The translations under genes and the position numbers were made by a program. The notes beneath the pieces were generated by a model. It was not told where the DNA came from and ran no database searches. It worked only from the letters and a program-made list of their open reading frames with translations. A DNA stretch of 63,580 nt, the filler included, from Octopus bimaculoides (Eukaryota), in assembly GCF_001194135.2 (NCBI RefSeq). It is 6 parts of 6 records of this genome, joined end to end, with 100 filler letters (N's around TTAATTAATTAA, not from the genome) between each part and the next. Parts side by side here need not be neighbours in the genome. Positions count along the whole stretch, not along the records: positions 1 to 27,203 come from NC_068990.1; 5 more parts are not named here. One strand, given 5' to 3'. This document shows, in pieces, positions 1 to 12,600 of this stretch (its first letter is position 1; every line of letters begins with the position of its first letter).

Positions 1-16
1 TATATATATATATATA

Positions 17-1288
17 TTGGGTTGGCATCTAAGTTCCTGCCGTTTTTTTAAATTTAAATTTTTTAAAAGGTTTAATAAAAAATAACAACTAATTAATAAT
101 CAATAATATATTCACCCTTGTTGTTTACAACTTCTTCCCAACATTCAATAAGATTTTCAATACCCAGTTGGTAGAAATCACCTGATTTCGACTCGAAAAA
201 TTGATCCAGCCAAGCTTTCAATTCTGCATCAGTATTGAACAAAACTCCATCTATAGCATTTGAAAGAGATTGAAGGAGGTGGAAATCCATTGGTGCCAAA
301 TCAGGAGAGTACGGCAGGTTTGGTAGCACTTCCCAGCCATGTGTTTGAATGGCTTCTTTGGTCATATTGGTGATATGAGGGCAGGCATTGTCATGCAGCA
401 TGAGAACTCCATGCTGCCGATTAGATCTTTTCTGTTGAATAGCCGTGTTGAGTTGTTCCATCTGTTGAACATAGAGTTCCGCATTGACTGTTTGGTTCCA
501 TTCAAGCAATTCATAATGGATACTCCCTTTCCTGTCCCACCATACACACAACATCATTTTACACGGATGAAGATCTTGTTTCATGCATGGTGTCGCTTGT
601 TTACTGGGGCTAAGCCATTCCTTGCACTGCTTCATATTGATGTACAGGCACCATTTTCCATCACCAGTAAAGAAATCGTTGCTTGTGTCCATGAGTTGAG
701 CAGTGATGAGCAAGCAAACCAACGGAGATTGTGGCTCATTGATTTTTGTTGTTGTCATTTAAAGCATGCGGAACCCATGCTCCATACTTCTGAACGTTTC
801 TTATCAAGTGAAGATGCTTCTCTATAGCAGTGTGGGAGCATTCCATTTTCTCTGCCAGTTCCCTTGTTTTTTGATGAGAATTTTCGAGCAAAAGTTTGTT
901 AAATCGCTCTTCATTGAACTCAGCTGGACAACCAGAACAAGATGCATCTTTGAGGTCAAAATTTCCATTTTTGAACTTGGCATACCAATCATGAGCGGTT
1001 CTTTCAGCTATAGCACCCTCTCCATACACAGCACAAATGTTGCGAGCAGCTTTTGCGGCCTTAGAACTTCGATTAAAAGCAAAAAGGAGTTGTCAAAAAT
1101 GCTCATTTTTCTTAACTTGACATTCCATTTTAATGATCTGAAAATAAACAAAAATTAACTAAAATTAACACAAAATAGATTCCAAAATGATTCAAAAATA
1201 GAATTCTCGAAAAAAATAGATTCCAAAATTTTAAAACGCAATAAATTCCAAAATTTAAAAAGCAGCAGGAACTTAGTTGCCAACCCAA
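17..1288 (-). mobile_element. Full-length mariner (D,D34D) DNA transposon, inactive; transposase remnant about 93-1128
   Basis: TIRs ttgggttggcatctaagttcctgc (17-) and gcaggaacttagttgccaacccaa (-1288), TA on both flanks. Translation has WVPHAL, WWD, HDNA and YSPDLAPMD with 34 residues between the last two Asp; stops and frameshift present. TIR resembles mellifera-subfamily mariners (from memory). Confidence 0.95.
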
Positions 1289-1305
1289 TATATATACATA
1301 TTTAT

Positions 1306-2059
1306 AATCAAAATAAGCAACAGGATATCAAGAGGTGATGCAGTATGACTGTTTTAAGCAGCTCCATTTAATTAAACAGTGCAATCATTACATCAATTTA
1401 AATGCAGGACTATCCTCAGCTGCATAAATAAATAGAATTTTGAATCAGTTGGACACATTAATATAATTTTACTCAAATTCTCTAATAGAGCAAGAAGAGG
1501 GAAAAGCTCCATATCACTACTAATGTAACTCAGAATATACTACACCTCTAAGTTTGTCAGAGTCATAGCTTGTAAAGGATTGTGGTTCATTTTTAATTTA
1601 TTAGTCTATTTTTATCAACTACCAAATCTAAGGTTAGAGGACAGTGTCTGTTTAGAATGGATAGATGGAATGAGTTGACAGTTTATAGTTGGGTATGGTC
1701 ATAAATATTGTCAGGATTTTAGGAAATGTATAAGTAATTGTCTATAAAGAAGGTTGGGTAGGGGAAGATTCTAAATCAAGATGTTGATTACCAGTTAAAG
1801 GGGCAAGACGCTAATAGAGGTGTAGTATATTTTCAGCTACATTAGTAGCAACATGGACCTTTTCCCTCTTCTTTCTCTATTAGAGAATTTGAGTAAAATT
1901 ATATTAATGTGTCCAACTGATAAACAATTCTATTTATTTATGCAGCTGAGGATAGCCCTGCATTTAAATTGATGTAATGATTGCATTGTTCAATTAAATG
2001 GAGCCACTTGAAATGGTCATACTACATCACCTCTTGACATCCTGTTGCTTATTTTGATT
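1306..2059. mobile_element. Foldback/MITE-like element with about 245 bp inverted arms
   Basis: 1306-1550 is the diverged reverse complement of 1815-2059 (aatcaaaataagcaacagga... / ...tcctgttgcttattttgatt), spacer about 265 bp. Confidence 0.85.
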
Positions 2060-2408
2060 TTATTCACCTTACTTTGAGTTGTACGGATAATATCGCACTG
2101 ACTTGGTACTTCAACTTAAGTACCTAATTCAATTAAATCTCAATTATTTCTATGTGTGTGTATGTATGAGTTGTAAATGAAAATTTTTGGACTTATTAAT
2201 GTAACCTGACATAAGTTTCAACATCCGGTATGTTCATTTGTGAGGACATTTTCATATTATTAAAGATTATTCATATCTATGAATCTTTATTTTGCTTCCG
2301 TTACATGTGTATTCTTCCTCAGGCTGTTACATTAATGCTTTTTTGCTGGCTAACAACAGGAACATAGATACATAGCACATTCTGAGGCATTTGCCCAAAA
2401 CAAGTTAA

Positions 2409-2446
<38 letters not shown>

Positions 2447-3905
2447 NNNNNNNNNNNNNNNNNNNNNNNNNNNNNNNNNNNNNNNNNNNNNNNNNNNNNN
2501 NNNNNNNNNNNNNNNNNNNNNNNNNNNNNNNNNNNNNNNNNNNNNNNNNNNNNNNNNNNNNNNNNNNNNNNNNNNNNNNNNNNNNNNNNNNNNNNNNNNN
2601 NNNNNNNNNNNNNNNNNNNNNNNNNNNNNNNNNNNNNNNNNNNNNNNNNNNNNNNNNNNNNNNNNNNNNNNNNNNNNNNNNNNNNNNNNNNNNNNNNNNN
2701 NNNNNNNNNNNNNNNNNNNNNNNNNNNNNNNNNNNNNNNNNNNNNNNNNNNNNNNNNNNNNNNNNNNNNNNNNNNNNNNNNNNNNNNNNNNNNNNNNNNN
2801 NNNNNNNNNNNNNNNNNNNNNNNNNNNNNNNNNNNNNNNNNNNNNNNNNNNNNNNNNNNNNNNNNNNNNNNNNNNNNNNNNNNNNNNNNNNNNNNNNNNN
2901 NNNNNNNNNNNNNNNNNNNNNNNNNNNNNNNNNNNNNNNNNNNNNNNNNNNNNNNNNATAAAATGTTTGCATCTCTGTTTGTCTCTCCTCTACTACTTGA
3001 CAACCAGTGTTGGTTTGTTTACCTCCTATAAATTTAGCAGTTCAACAAAAGAGACTGATAGAAAAGGTAACAGGTTTTAGAAAAAAGTACTGGAGTCAAT
3101 TTGTTCATTTAAAACTCTTCAAAGTGATACCCTCTGTATGGCTGCAGTCTATCGAACAACAAGTGAAAGATAAGATGCTTTTTCGTAAAAACAGAATAGT
3201 CACATATCATCATCATCACCATCAATATCATCTTTTAACATCCATTTTCTATGTTAACATGGGTTCGACAACACTGAGTTTCTGACACTGTTTCTGTCTT
3301 CCAAATTCACTCACAAGGTGCCATGCTGTGACAGAACCCAAAACCACAGGGCTGCAAGGCAGGCTTCTTAACCACACAGTCATGCCTGTGTCTATATATT
3401 AACTTATTTTCAACCAGGAAAAGAAAGAAACCAGTTACCATTTCTAATATTTTAGAAATATGTTTTCTACTAATAGGCACAAAGCCCGAAATTTTTAGGA
3501 AGTGGGTGGGTTGATTACATCAACCCTTGTGCTCATCTGGTACTTATTCCATTGGTCCTGAAAGAATGAAAGGCAAAGTTGACCTTGATCTAATTTAAAC
3601 TCAGAACATACAAACAAAATGCAGTTAAACATTTTGTCTGGCATACTAATGATTTTGTCAGCTTACTACTTTAAGTAAATATGATAATAAAAGAATTTGT
3701 TCTCGAAAAATTTTATTCAATTTTATTGATGTGTGCTTCACTACAATTTGTGCAGGAAACAACAAAGCCTTTCAATATGAATAATTCATTTAACTTGTGT
3801 GGGCAGCAAAAATTTAGTCATATGACTTCACACCAGTGAATTTTTTTTTCTTCTATTAACACTATTTAATTTTCAATATAATAGCTCTACTTTTTTTGTG
3901 TACAG

Positions 3906-3996
3906 GTTCTGGGGTTAATTTGCTTTTAATTACACCAGAAAAAGCCATTAAACTTGTTGGTAATGATTTCTTCAGATACATCCTCAAAACTGACAG
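3906..3996 (+). CDS. SLC25A22: Mitochondrial glutamate carrier (SLC25A22/SLC25A18-like), internal exon; earlier exons not visible in window
   Basis: tacag|GT... encodes (G)SGVNLLLITPEKAIKLVGNDFFRYILKTD, donor gtaagt; phase matches next exon. Confidence 0.93.
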
Positions 3997-4414
3997 GTAA
4001 GTCTGTGAAAGGTATCACTTTTCTCTTTTCTATGTTAGCACACTCCTTCTCTCATTCTTTCCTATCTCTGTCTCTCAATTTTTCATTTACACTGTCTCTT
4101 TCATTTATTTTTCTCACTCTCACCATTCTCTCTCATGCACCCACTCACATCAGAAGTACAATCTGTTAACCAGAACTAAATCAATACCATTGCACTAAAA
4201 TTATCAAGTCTACTCCAACATTTCACCACCTATTTGTTCATTGTCCCACTCATTTTTAACAAACATTTTTTAATGATATAAATGGTGTCTGCTCTGTTTG
4301 ACAGGAAAGGCTCAACAACATCTCTATCAATGTAAAATCAAATATCATCATACAAAAACCAAATGTGAATTTCTCAGGGAGCTTTCTTACATTCTTTTAA
4401 CATTGTAACATATA

Positions 4415-4938
4415 CAGAGTGACCCCCAAAAAACAGAACCTACAAATCTTTAAATAAAACTGTTTGAATAAAATGACACAGAGGGATAGATTGAGGTGAA
4501 TAGTGGTTCCAGCAAGACAGGGCCACCACCCACTCCCACCCATGCATCAAATGACTCCCTAGCCTGACTGAGAGAATGATTTCAGGTAAGACTAATCAGC
4601 AGAAAGTGTGACGTTGAGTGGGCATTGCATTCACTGGACTTGAACCCCCAACATTTTTATCTGTTGGGGTATCTCAGGGATAATGTTTACCAGAACAACC
4701 CTCAAACGCTTGGTGAACTGAAGGCAGAAATCAGGGAAATCCCCAGAGAAATGTATTCGAGTAATTGACAATTTTGCATGATATATGCCATTTGGAGCAT
4801 ATTTTGAAAAAGAACATGACTTTTATGCAAAGAGAATGATCGTACACAGACCGAAGTTTAAGTCCAGATTTGCTGGACCTTTGTAGGATTTAATAAAATT
4901 TTTATGGGTTCTGTTTTTTTTGGGGGGGTGGGTCACCT
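4415..4938 (+). mobile_element. Internally deleted Tc1/mariner-superfamily element
   Basis: Imperfect TIRs ta|cagagtgacccccaaaaaacagaacc and ggttctgttttttt...ggtcacc|ta; residual transposase text LDLNP..YLLGYLRDNVYQNNPQTLGELKAEI. Confidence 0.75.
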
Positions 4939-5548
4939 ATAGAAGGATTTTGTTTTGTTTTGTTTATTTGCAGAGTATGTATCAGTTAAAATAAGCAATA
5001 GTATTTCGTTATATGAGATAAAGTGAGAATCTCTGAGAAACTCAATTATAGCAAGGTTCAAAACTTAATTCCAAATTTTTCAAGCTATATCTTCAACTCA
5101 AAGTTGACACTTTTTTTCTTATCTCCTTTATGAAACACGAGAATTCTCTGCCAAACTGAAAACTTTATTTAATTTCCATTAGGAACAATGTAACTGACTA
5201 GTGTCTTCAGAATAAGGAATTAAAATTAACAAAATTGCTAGATTGTAATTTAGATATAGAGGTATATATAAATATACATGTCCCTTTGTACATATGTTGG
5301 CTGTAACTTGGTATTCAAATTCACAAGTGTGAACATGATAACATCTGTTCACAACAACAAAAACATTGATATTCTCCTATACCTAGATTTACACATGCAC
5401 TATATATGGTGCCTACAGGTTCTGTGAAAAAAAAATGATTCTGAATTCCCCTATCCATGGGAAAGTCAGAATCTTTTTTACAGAATCTGTGGTTAGCATT
5501 TAAAATATTCTTTGAAATAATTTTGATAATATTTTGTAAACTTTCCAG

Positions 5549-5667
5549 TGCCAGACTGCCTTTTCACAGAGAATTATTGGCTGGTGGGGGTGCTGGACTG
5601 TGTCAAATTATTGTCACTACACCTATGGAACTGCTTAAGATCCAGCTTCAAGATGCTGGAAGAAGTG
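5549..5667 (+). CDS. SLC25A22: Mitochondrial glutamate carrier, internal exon
   Basis: ttccag|...|gtatgt; (S)[39 protein letters not shown], contains carrier signature [10 protein letters not shown]. Confidence 0.95.
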
Positions 5668-5875
5668 GTATGTATAAAAGTTTATTTAAATGGCCTGCAC
5701 TGTCCAATTTCACTTTTTTCTTTTTTTCTTTTATATTGATATGAAGTCTCAAGAAGAAGAGATGATTGATCAACAAGAAAGTGTTTTTACCTTTATTTGA
5801 AATACATAGCAGAAAAAACAACATAAGGAAAATATTGAAATCAAAACTGTTTAAAACTACCTTGTCTTTTGGTAT

Positions 5876-6790
5876 CATAATCATCATCTTTCTTTTAGGT
5901 CTACTTTTCCATGTTTGCTGAGTTGGATGGGTATTCTACAGCACTATATCTCACCATTTGTTGCAGTGATTTGTCATTTCTTTTGTAAGCTTCATCCTTC
6001 TTCAATCAGCCTTCATCCTTCTTCAATCAGCCTTCACCACTTCTTCCCTTTCTTTTTCTTGATTTTCCCCTTTTGCTGATCCCTTCCATTTAGATAACTT
6101 GGCACCTTCCTTCATATGCAGCAGTACATGTCTCTACCAGTCCAGTTGTCTCTTTTGTGCACTACACCTGATTCTTCTTATACATCATACTACTCTAAAC
6201 TCATTTCTGATCCATTATTAATGTTCCATAACTTTACATGCATCAAAGTATATTTGCTTTATTTCTTTCCATCTTACATCCTTTGAAGTCAATGCCCAAG
6301 TTTTGCTACCATGCAACATTTCAGTCTGTACTTAAGCACCATACAATCTGCACCTAACTCAAACAATTCCTTTGTTGCTAGCAGAGGTCATAACTCACTG
6401 AACTTTATTCATGCCACTCTTACTCTGGTTACTATTCTTTCAAACACACTCTTCCACTGCTAATTTGGTTATATAGATAAAAAAAAGTTGTCAATTTCTT
6501 CTAGGAAACTCTCCAAGCAGTTGAAAGAACTTATTTCATGGATACTCTTTCTGCTAATACTTCTATAGATTTGCTACATATGAAGTCGTTTTCTGTCAGC
6601 TTTCTAGTAATTTCACTGCATCTCTTGTGTATCTCTTCATTCACGATGGGTACACAATATGGCATTCATATCTACTCCTTTCTACATATTGGGCATAACC
6701 ACTTCCCAGTAGAAGCTTCTTTCTTATTAACTGTTCTATCTTTACTAAGTTCACTTAAAGATATCTTGATTTTAGGCTTTACTTCCACAT
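5876..6790 (-). mobile_element. Decayed RTE-like LINE 3' part with Cys-rich finger
   Basis: Minus strand reads ASTGKWLCPICRKGVDMNAILC...KRCSEITRKLTENDFICSK, homologous to 26990-27203; (GAT)n tail near 5876. Confidence 0.6.
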
Positions 6791-6792
6791 TT

Positions 6793-7690
6793 CATCATCA
6801 TCATCATCATCATCATCATCGTTTAATGTCCGCTTTCCATGCTAGCATGGGTTGGACGATTTGACTGAGGACTGGCAAGCCAGAAGGCTGCACCAGGCTC
6901 CAATCTGATCTGGCAGAGTTTCTACAGCTGGATGACCTTTCTAACGCCAACCACTCTGAGAGTGTAGTGGGTGCTTTTACATGCCACTGGCACAAAGGCC
7001 AGTCACACAGTACTGGCAACGGCCACGCTCAAAAAGGTGTTTTTTACATGCCACCTGCACGGGAGCCAGTCCAGCGGCACTGGCAATGACCTCGCTTGAA
7101 TGATTTTCTAACGTGCCACCAACACAAGTGCTAGAAGGCAACACTGGTAACGATTACGCTCAAATGGCCACTAGCATGGAAGCCAGACAGCTGCTCTGGC
7201 AATGAACACACTCAGACAGTGCTATTTAGTGCTCCACTGGCACAGGTACCAGTCATCAAGTATGGTTCAATTACGATTTCACTTGCCCCAACAGGTCTTT
7301 GCAAGCAGAGTTTAGTGTCCAATGAAGGAGAGGTTGGCATGGGTGCCAGTTGTCGTATTCGGTTCGATTTCAAATTTCAAATTCCAAATTCACTTGCTTC
7401 AACAGGTCTCTGCAAGCAGGGTTTTTAGTGTCCAATGAAGTAAAGATACGAATTAGTGAGCTGGCGGCACTTCTGGCAGAGGTCACAGAGTATGCTCTCA
7501 CTTGCCTTGCCGGGTCTTCTCACGTACTGCATATTTCCAAAGGTCCCGGTCACTAGTCATCGCCTCAGTGCGGCCTAAAGTTTGAAGGTCGTGCTTCACC
7601 ACCTCATCCCAGGTCTTCCTGGGTCTACCTTCTAATTCTTCAACAGCTTCATCATCATCATTTGATGTCCATTTTCCAAGTTGGCATGAA
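6793..7690 (-). mobile_element. Repeat family C (RTE-type 3' end with (GAT)n tail), long copy with internal duplications
   Basis: catcatcgtttaatgtccgctttccatgctagcatgggttggacgatttgactgagg... shared with 49411, 50120-50445 and 52912. Confidence 0.85.
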
Positions 7691-7953
7691 TTGAACCAAT
7701 CATCACACCCTGAATCAGTTCTTATTTAAAGTCAATGCTCTCCTGTACAGGTTGGAGGACCATACCATGCTTGTTGTACATTTCAGGTCATTGGCACACA
7801 AAAGTTTTCATGGACAGCCAATCTCAAACTACTCTATTATGAGCTAAAATCATCGTTTTAAAATGGTTTTTAAAAGTTGTGAATTTATTATTGAAATTAT
7901 TTTATTGTAACAAAAATGAAACCCTAATATCTTTTTCATTCCTTGTTTCATAG

Positions 7954-8126
7954 GCTCTGCTACCAGTAATGGCACTGTAGTACGTTTATCTGCTACAAAA
8001 ATAGCTTTAAATCTTGTACGAGAAAAAGGAATCACTGGGCTTTATAAAGGTTGTGGAGCCACAATGTTAAGGGATGTCACTTTCTCTGCAATTTACTTCC
8101 CATTATTTGCTCATCTCAATGCATTG
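7954..8126 (+). CDS. SLC25A22: Mitochondrial glutamate carrier, internal exon
   Basis: catag|...|gtaag; (G)[57 protein letters not shown]. Confidence 0.95.
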
Positions 8127-8196
8127 GTAAGATTATATATATTTGCACACCATTTTCCTTTATATCTAGTACATAAAATGGTGATTTAATTTATCA

Positions 8197-8345
8197 TGTT
8201 TAATTCGCCGAGGTTGACTTTGCCTTTCATTCTTTTGGGTTCGATAAATTAAGTACCAGTTGCATACTGGGGTCAATCTAATCGACTGGCCACCTCCCCC
8301 CCCCAAAAAAATTTCGGTCCTTGTGCCTATAATAGAAAAGAATTT
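8197..8345 (+). mobile_element. SINE family A, 3' half
   Basis: ccgaggttgactttgcctttcat...gataaattaagtaccagttgcatactggggtcaatctaatcgac core shared by many copies. Confidence 0.85.
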
Positions 8346-11300
8346 CTTATGTTTAATGATTATTGTGCTACTTCCAATGCTTTCATGCATTCCTAATTAA
8401 AAATGAACACACTCCCTAATAAAAGGATAAGTTTGATAGATTATTTCATCTTATCAGAGAGTGGTTAGGAACTAGAAGATAGAAGTTGGTGATTAGGAAT
8501 ATGAAGAAATTACCGAGGGGCCAGAATAGAATATATTTGGAACCAAGAAGAGATAACTAGAAAGTAGAAAATAGTATTTAGGAATTTGAATATGATGAGT
8601 TGTCTACCAGATGAGGTGGTTGAGTGATAGATAAGTTTAGATAAACATATTACAAAAGGTAATAAAACTGGTGCCCAATGAAGGTAGATAAAGATCAGGA
8701 GAGAGGTTTAGATAACTAGTGGGTGCTCAATTTCATTAAAAGTTTTTAATAAGTATGGGTTAAATCTAGGCCGATATTTTGTGAACTCAATAAATCAAAA
8801 GAGAGCTCAATAATTCTAAAATAACTCTATTTGATTTTTAAAAATTAAACAAGTATAAACTTCTCTGAGTTAAAGGGGCCTCCAATGCTTGGAAGCCCCT
8901 AGGCCATGACCTATACTGGCCCATGCTAAAATCAGATATCTTTCACTGTTCTTGTTAGAACACATAACACACTAACTCAAAGGGTGAAACTTAAATTTTT
9001 TCCATTTGCATTGCTTTATATATAGGCACAAACATGGGTGTGTGATAAGAAGTTTACTTCACAGCCATGTGGTTTTGGGTTCAATTCCATTGCACAGCAC
9101 TTTGGATGTCTTCTACTATAGCCCTGGGCAAATGCCTTATAAAGTGGAAGGCCAGCATGTGTGTGTGTGTGCGTGAGAGAGAGAGTGTGCAAATATTGAC
9201 CTTTCACAGCTTCACTTGTCACCATCTGAGCAAAATGGTGATGTGTTTACATTCTTCATTAACATTACAGTTAGTCACTCTGCATTTTTGAAAACCAGTG
9301 GGATAACATCAAAAACCTCTTACTTGAAAAACAGGTTAGGGTTTGTAACAGGATGAGTATTTGGCCATAAAATGCTACCTATGTTAGCATGGAAAAAAAA
9401 AGGAAGTTAAACAAACAAATGAATATAACCAGTGGTGAGCTGGAGTCAGTTCTCATTGGTTCGTGTAAACTGATAATTAACATTTTTATGACCACTGAAC
9501 ACTAAACTTAATTGGAAAAGTTATGTTAATTAAATAACATCAAATAACTCAACCGACCTGTGCTAGTAATTTGATTGGCTCTTTAAATCTTAACCACCGG
9601 TCAAAAAATTTCTAAATCAAAAGCTCAGTCCTATAATGACTGGAGAGAAAAACCTAGCAAGTTCGTTTATTCAAATTCTTGTAATGTCTTTATCCATTGG
9701 TGTAGAAATTGGAAGTTCTATAGAAAAGACTTTTTTTAATGTCAACTGTCCTTTGTGCTAAAAATAATGTTAAGCATGTATGATTGTTAATTAACTACAT
9801 GATAATAATTAAAAAAAAAAAGATACTCAGAAAAGATAAAAAGAAGGCTTTTGTAATAAATTATATGCAAACAGTTATAGACATGGATATACAAACAGAA
9901 ACAAAACAAAAATATTACCCCTTGGCATTTTTGCAGTGTATTCATTATGAAATTTTCAGGAAAGATGTTACACTCATCAGAAACAACATACCCAGGTGTG
10001 ACAAGTTTTAATGCATGTATGATTAAAATCGACTGCTCTCTTTTGATCTGCATGCAAATTAGTTTGTTGGGTGATCATACCAATCAAAACTCAATGCAAA
10101 AAGTGGGAAAATAAAACTACTTTACAGGTTTTGCATCAAAGCTTAACTCTTTAACCTTTAGATAACTTTGTCAAATGTAATACTTATTCACATTATTTTA
10201 AATTAATCATTTATTATCTTGTAGATTTTGGGGATGTGATTGTATATTTTTAGGATGGCATTGTGGGGTAAGATGAAAGGCCATATCTGGCCAGTTTGAG
10301 TATAAAACATGTAGAATATTTTGGCTGGATTTGGCTTCTGTAAATGCTAGAGGGTCGAAGGTATTTTTGAACCAACAACACCTGCAAAAATTTCAGTGTC
10401 TAACCATTCTTCGGATAATATTTTGTCAAAGTCACTTGATGAAAAATTAGGTGAATTGAGTCAGACATTAAATGTTCACAGAAAGAATAGATATATAACT
10501 CTGTGTATCATCTCCAAAGCCTTTAATTCGATTAAATCATTGAATAAGCTATTACTTATAGAACACATGGCTTGATAAAATAAATAATTGGAGAAAGGGT
10601 TAAAGTTTTCTCCCTTAGATTAGAGAGTTTATAACGTTAAAAATTAATATAATTTAGGGTGGTTTGATTCAGCATGAAAAAGTAAAATCTAATGCGAAAA
10701 GCAACAGAAGTTCAAAATACATTCAAAGTTAATATTATTAGTTTCAAGCTCAAAGAAGAAGAAAAAAGTAGAAGTTAAAGAATAGAAGTATAATGTTTTG
10801 GATCTAGTCCTTCATCAGATATGCTAAAAAAGGTCCAGGGAAGCAGAAAAAAAAAACATGGATATTCTTGAGAAAGGAGTGAAGGTCAGATATGGTGATA
10901 GTGTGGAGTGGTTGAGATGGAAGTAAAGAAAGGAGCAGTGTAGTGCAAAAAGTGTGCTATGTGGATTTGTGTCATATGGGATGTTAAGAATTAATATATT
11001 CAAGTGAAATCAGTCATCATGTTTGTTGCTTAAAATTTTGTTTTAATATTACGTTCAGAAGATTGGTGAAGTTTATTAACAATGATAATTATAAAAAATA
11101 CACACAAGTATTTGTTTGTAGTTGCATATATAGCTGCTTGCTTGTATATATAATTGTGAATCAGTGTCATTTTATGTGTACATATATATTCCTATTTCTA
11201 ATTTCTGTTACTTTGTCTCTGCTTGTATTCTGTTATCTGTTTCATCCTCCATGTAATACTCCAATCTGTTATCATAACTGTAACCCTGTGTGGTTGCTTG

Positions 11301-11364
11301 ATGTATTGTAACTATCTACCTTCTTGCCCCACTTCTTACAATACTTTAACCTATCACCTTAACA

Positions 11365-11367
<3 letters not shown>

Positions 11368-11423
<56 letters not shown>
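11368..11423. repeat. (CT)n microsatellite
   Basis: Pure ct dinucleotide run. Confidence 0.95.
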
Positions 11424-11427
<4 letters not shown>

Positions 11428-12497
11428 GTATGTATCTACTCTCCTACGAAATTTTACATCTTTTTATTTTGTTTGCTTTGCATCCTTGACTCCCACCATT
11501 TCATACCATGATTCTTACTAGTTGATCCCCTCCCTCCACCAAACCGATCCCTCACTCTCGGTTTTAACTCTAATTTTCTCACTTTTAGTTGAAGGGCCAA
11601 AAAAAAAACAAAATGTTATATTCTACAATCCTTGTGACAAATATACTTTGATAATCTCTTAACTTTATTTGAACTGATTTTTCCTAACACTGAACTAACA
11701 TTGTATTTTTCATTTATTCAATATCATATTAATGAAGAGATAGATCAATAAAGCTATATTGTATTGCTAGATTCTTTTCTTACAGAACCTATGACTAACA
11801 TTTGTGTAGCTAAGCAAACTGGTTGTAAAAAGTTTGGCAGCTTAGTGAACTAGTTGTTAAGATTTTGGTAGTTCACCGCTGGTTATAATCTTTAAGAAAA
11901 TACATTTTTATTCTTATCTGAGTTAATCTCACTGAAAAGTAGACATCAGTCATCATATTTCATATTTGTGTGTTTAAGATGGAGTGAGATTTTTAACTTT
12001 AAAACAATTGCTTGAACCAGTCAAGCAGAAATCTGTTTTCACCTAGCAAACCACATCTACTAGTACTGTTTAACAACCAAACCTCTTGACAACATCCAAC
12101 TAGTTCAACATTCCACCACTACAAAGTCATTCCTTCTGTGTTCTTACCTGATCTCCTCCTAGATAAGGTAAAGACTATTTAGATATAGCACACTGATATT
12201 AACATGATGCAAAGTATGAAAAAATACTCAAACTTATACACTTGGTCATAAGGATACCGCAAGCATAATTTTTATATATTTTTTCCTGATGAGATAGATT
12301 GAGTGGATTTGAACTAGTAACTTTACTAATGTGTTACTTGTTACCAAGTGAGACTCGTATCTATTTTCTTATATATGTTACTAATTTGGATTAAGATACA
12401 TTTATCAGAGCTGTAATGTGGTTTATGTTTCATTTTATGCCCTATTACATAACATTCCTATATACAATTCTCTGCAATATTTTTTTCTCTTTTGTAG

Positions 12498-12600
12498 GGT
12501 AAAAGACGAGAAGGCAGTGATCAAGCTGTTTTTTATCATTCCTTTTTCTCTGGATGTGCAGCAGGCTGTATAGCATCGTTTAGTGTCAACCCTTTTGATG
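12498..12600 (+). CDS. SLC25A22: Mitochondrial glutamate carrier, internal exon
   Basis: ttgtag|...|gtatgt; GKRREGSDQAVFYHSFFSGCAAGCIASFSVNPFD. Confidence 0.95.

Noticed and set aside
1345-1380. gactgttttaag (DCFK) as the missing upstream carrier exon
   Set aside because: No EG..GMYR continuation or splice sites; it lies inside the foldback arm.
1946-2020. CTGAGGA...GAAATGGTC in the long foldback arm
   Set aside because: Boxes are about 55 nt apart without helix II or helix I pairing.
9945-9985. CTGATGA...GAAAA on minus strand
   Set aside because: No helix I or II; expected by chance in AT-rich DNA. Similar weak hits at 5170-5210 and 40030-40100 also dropped.
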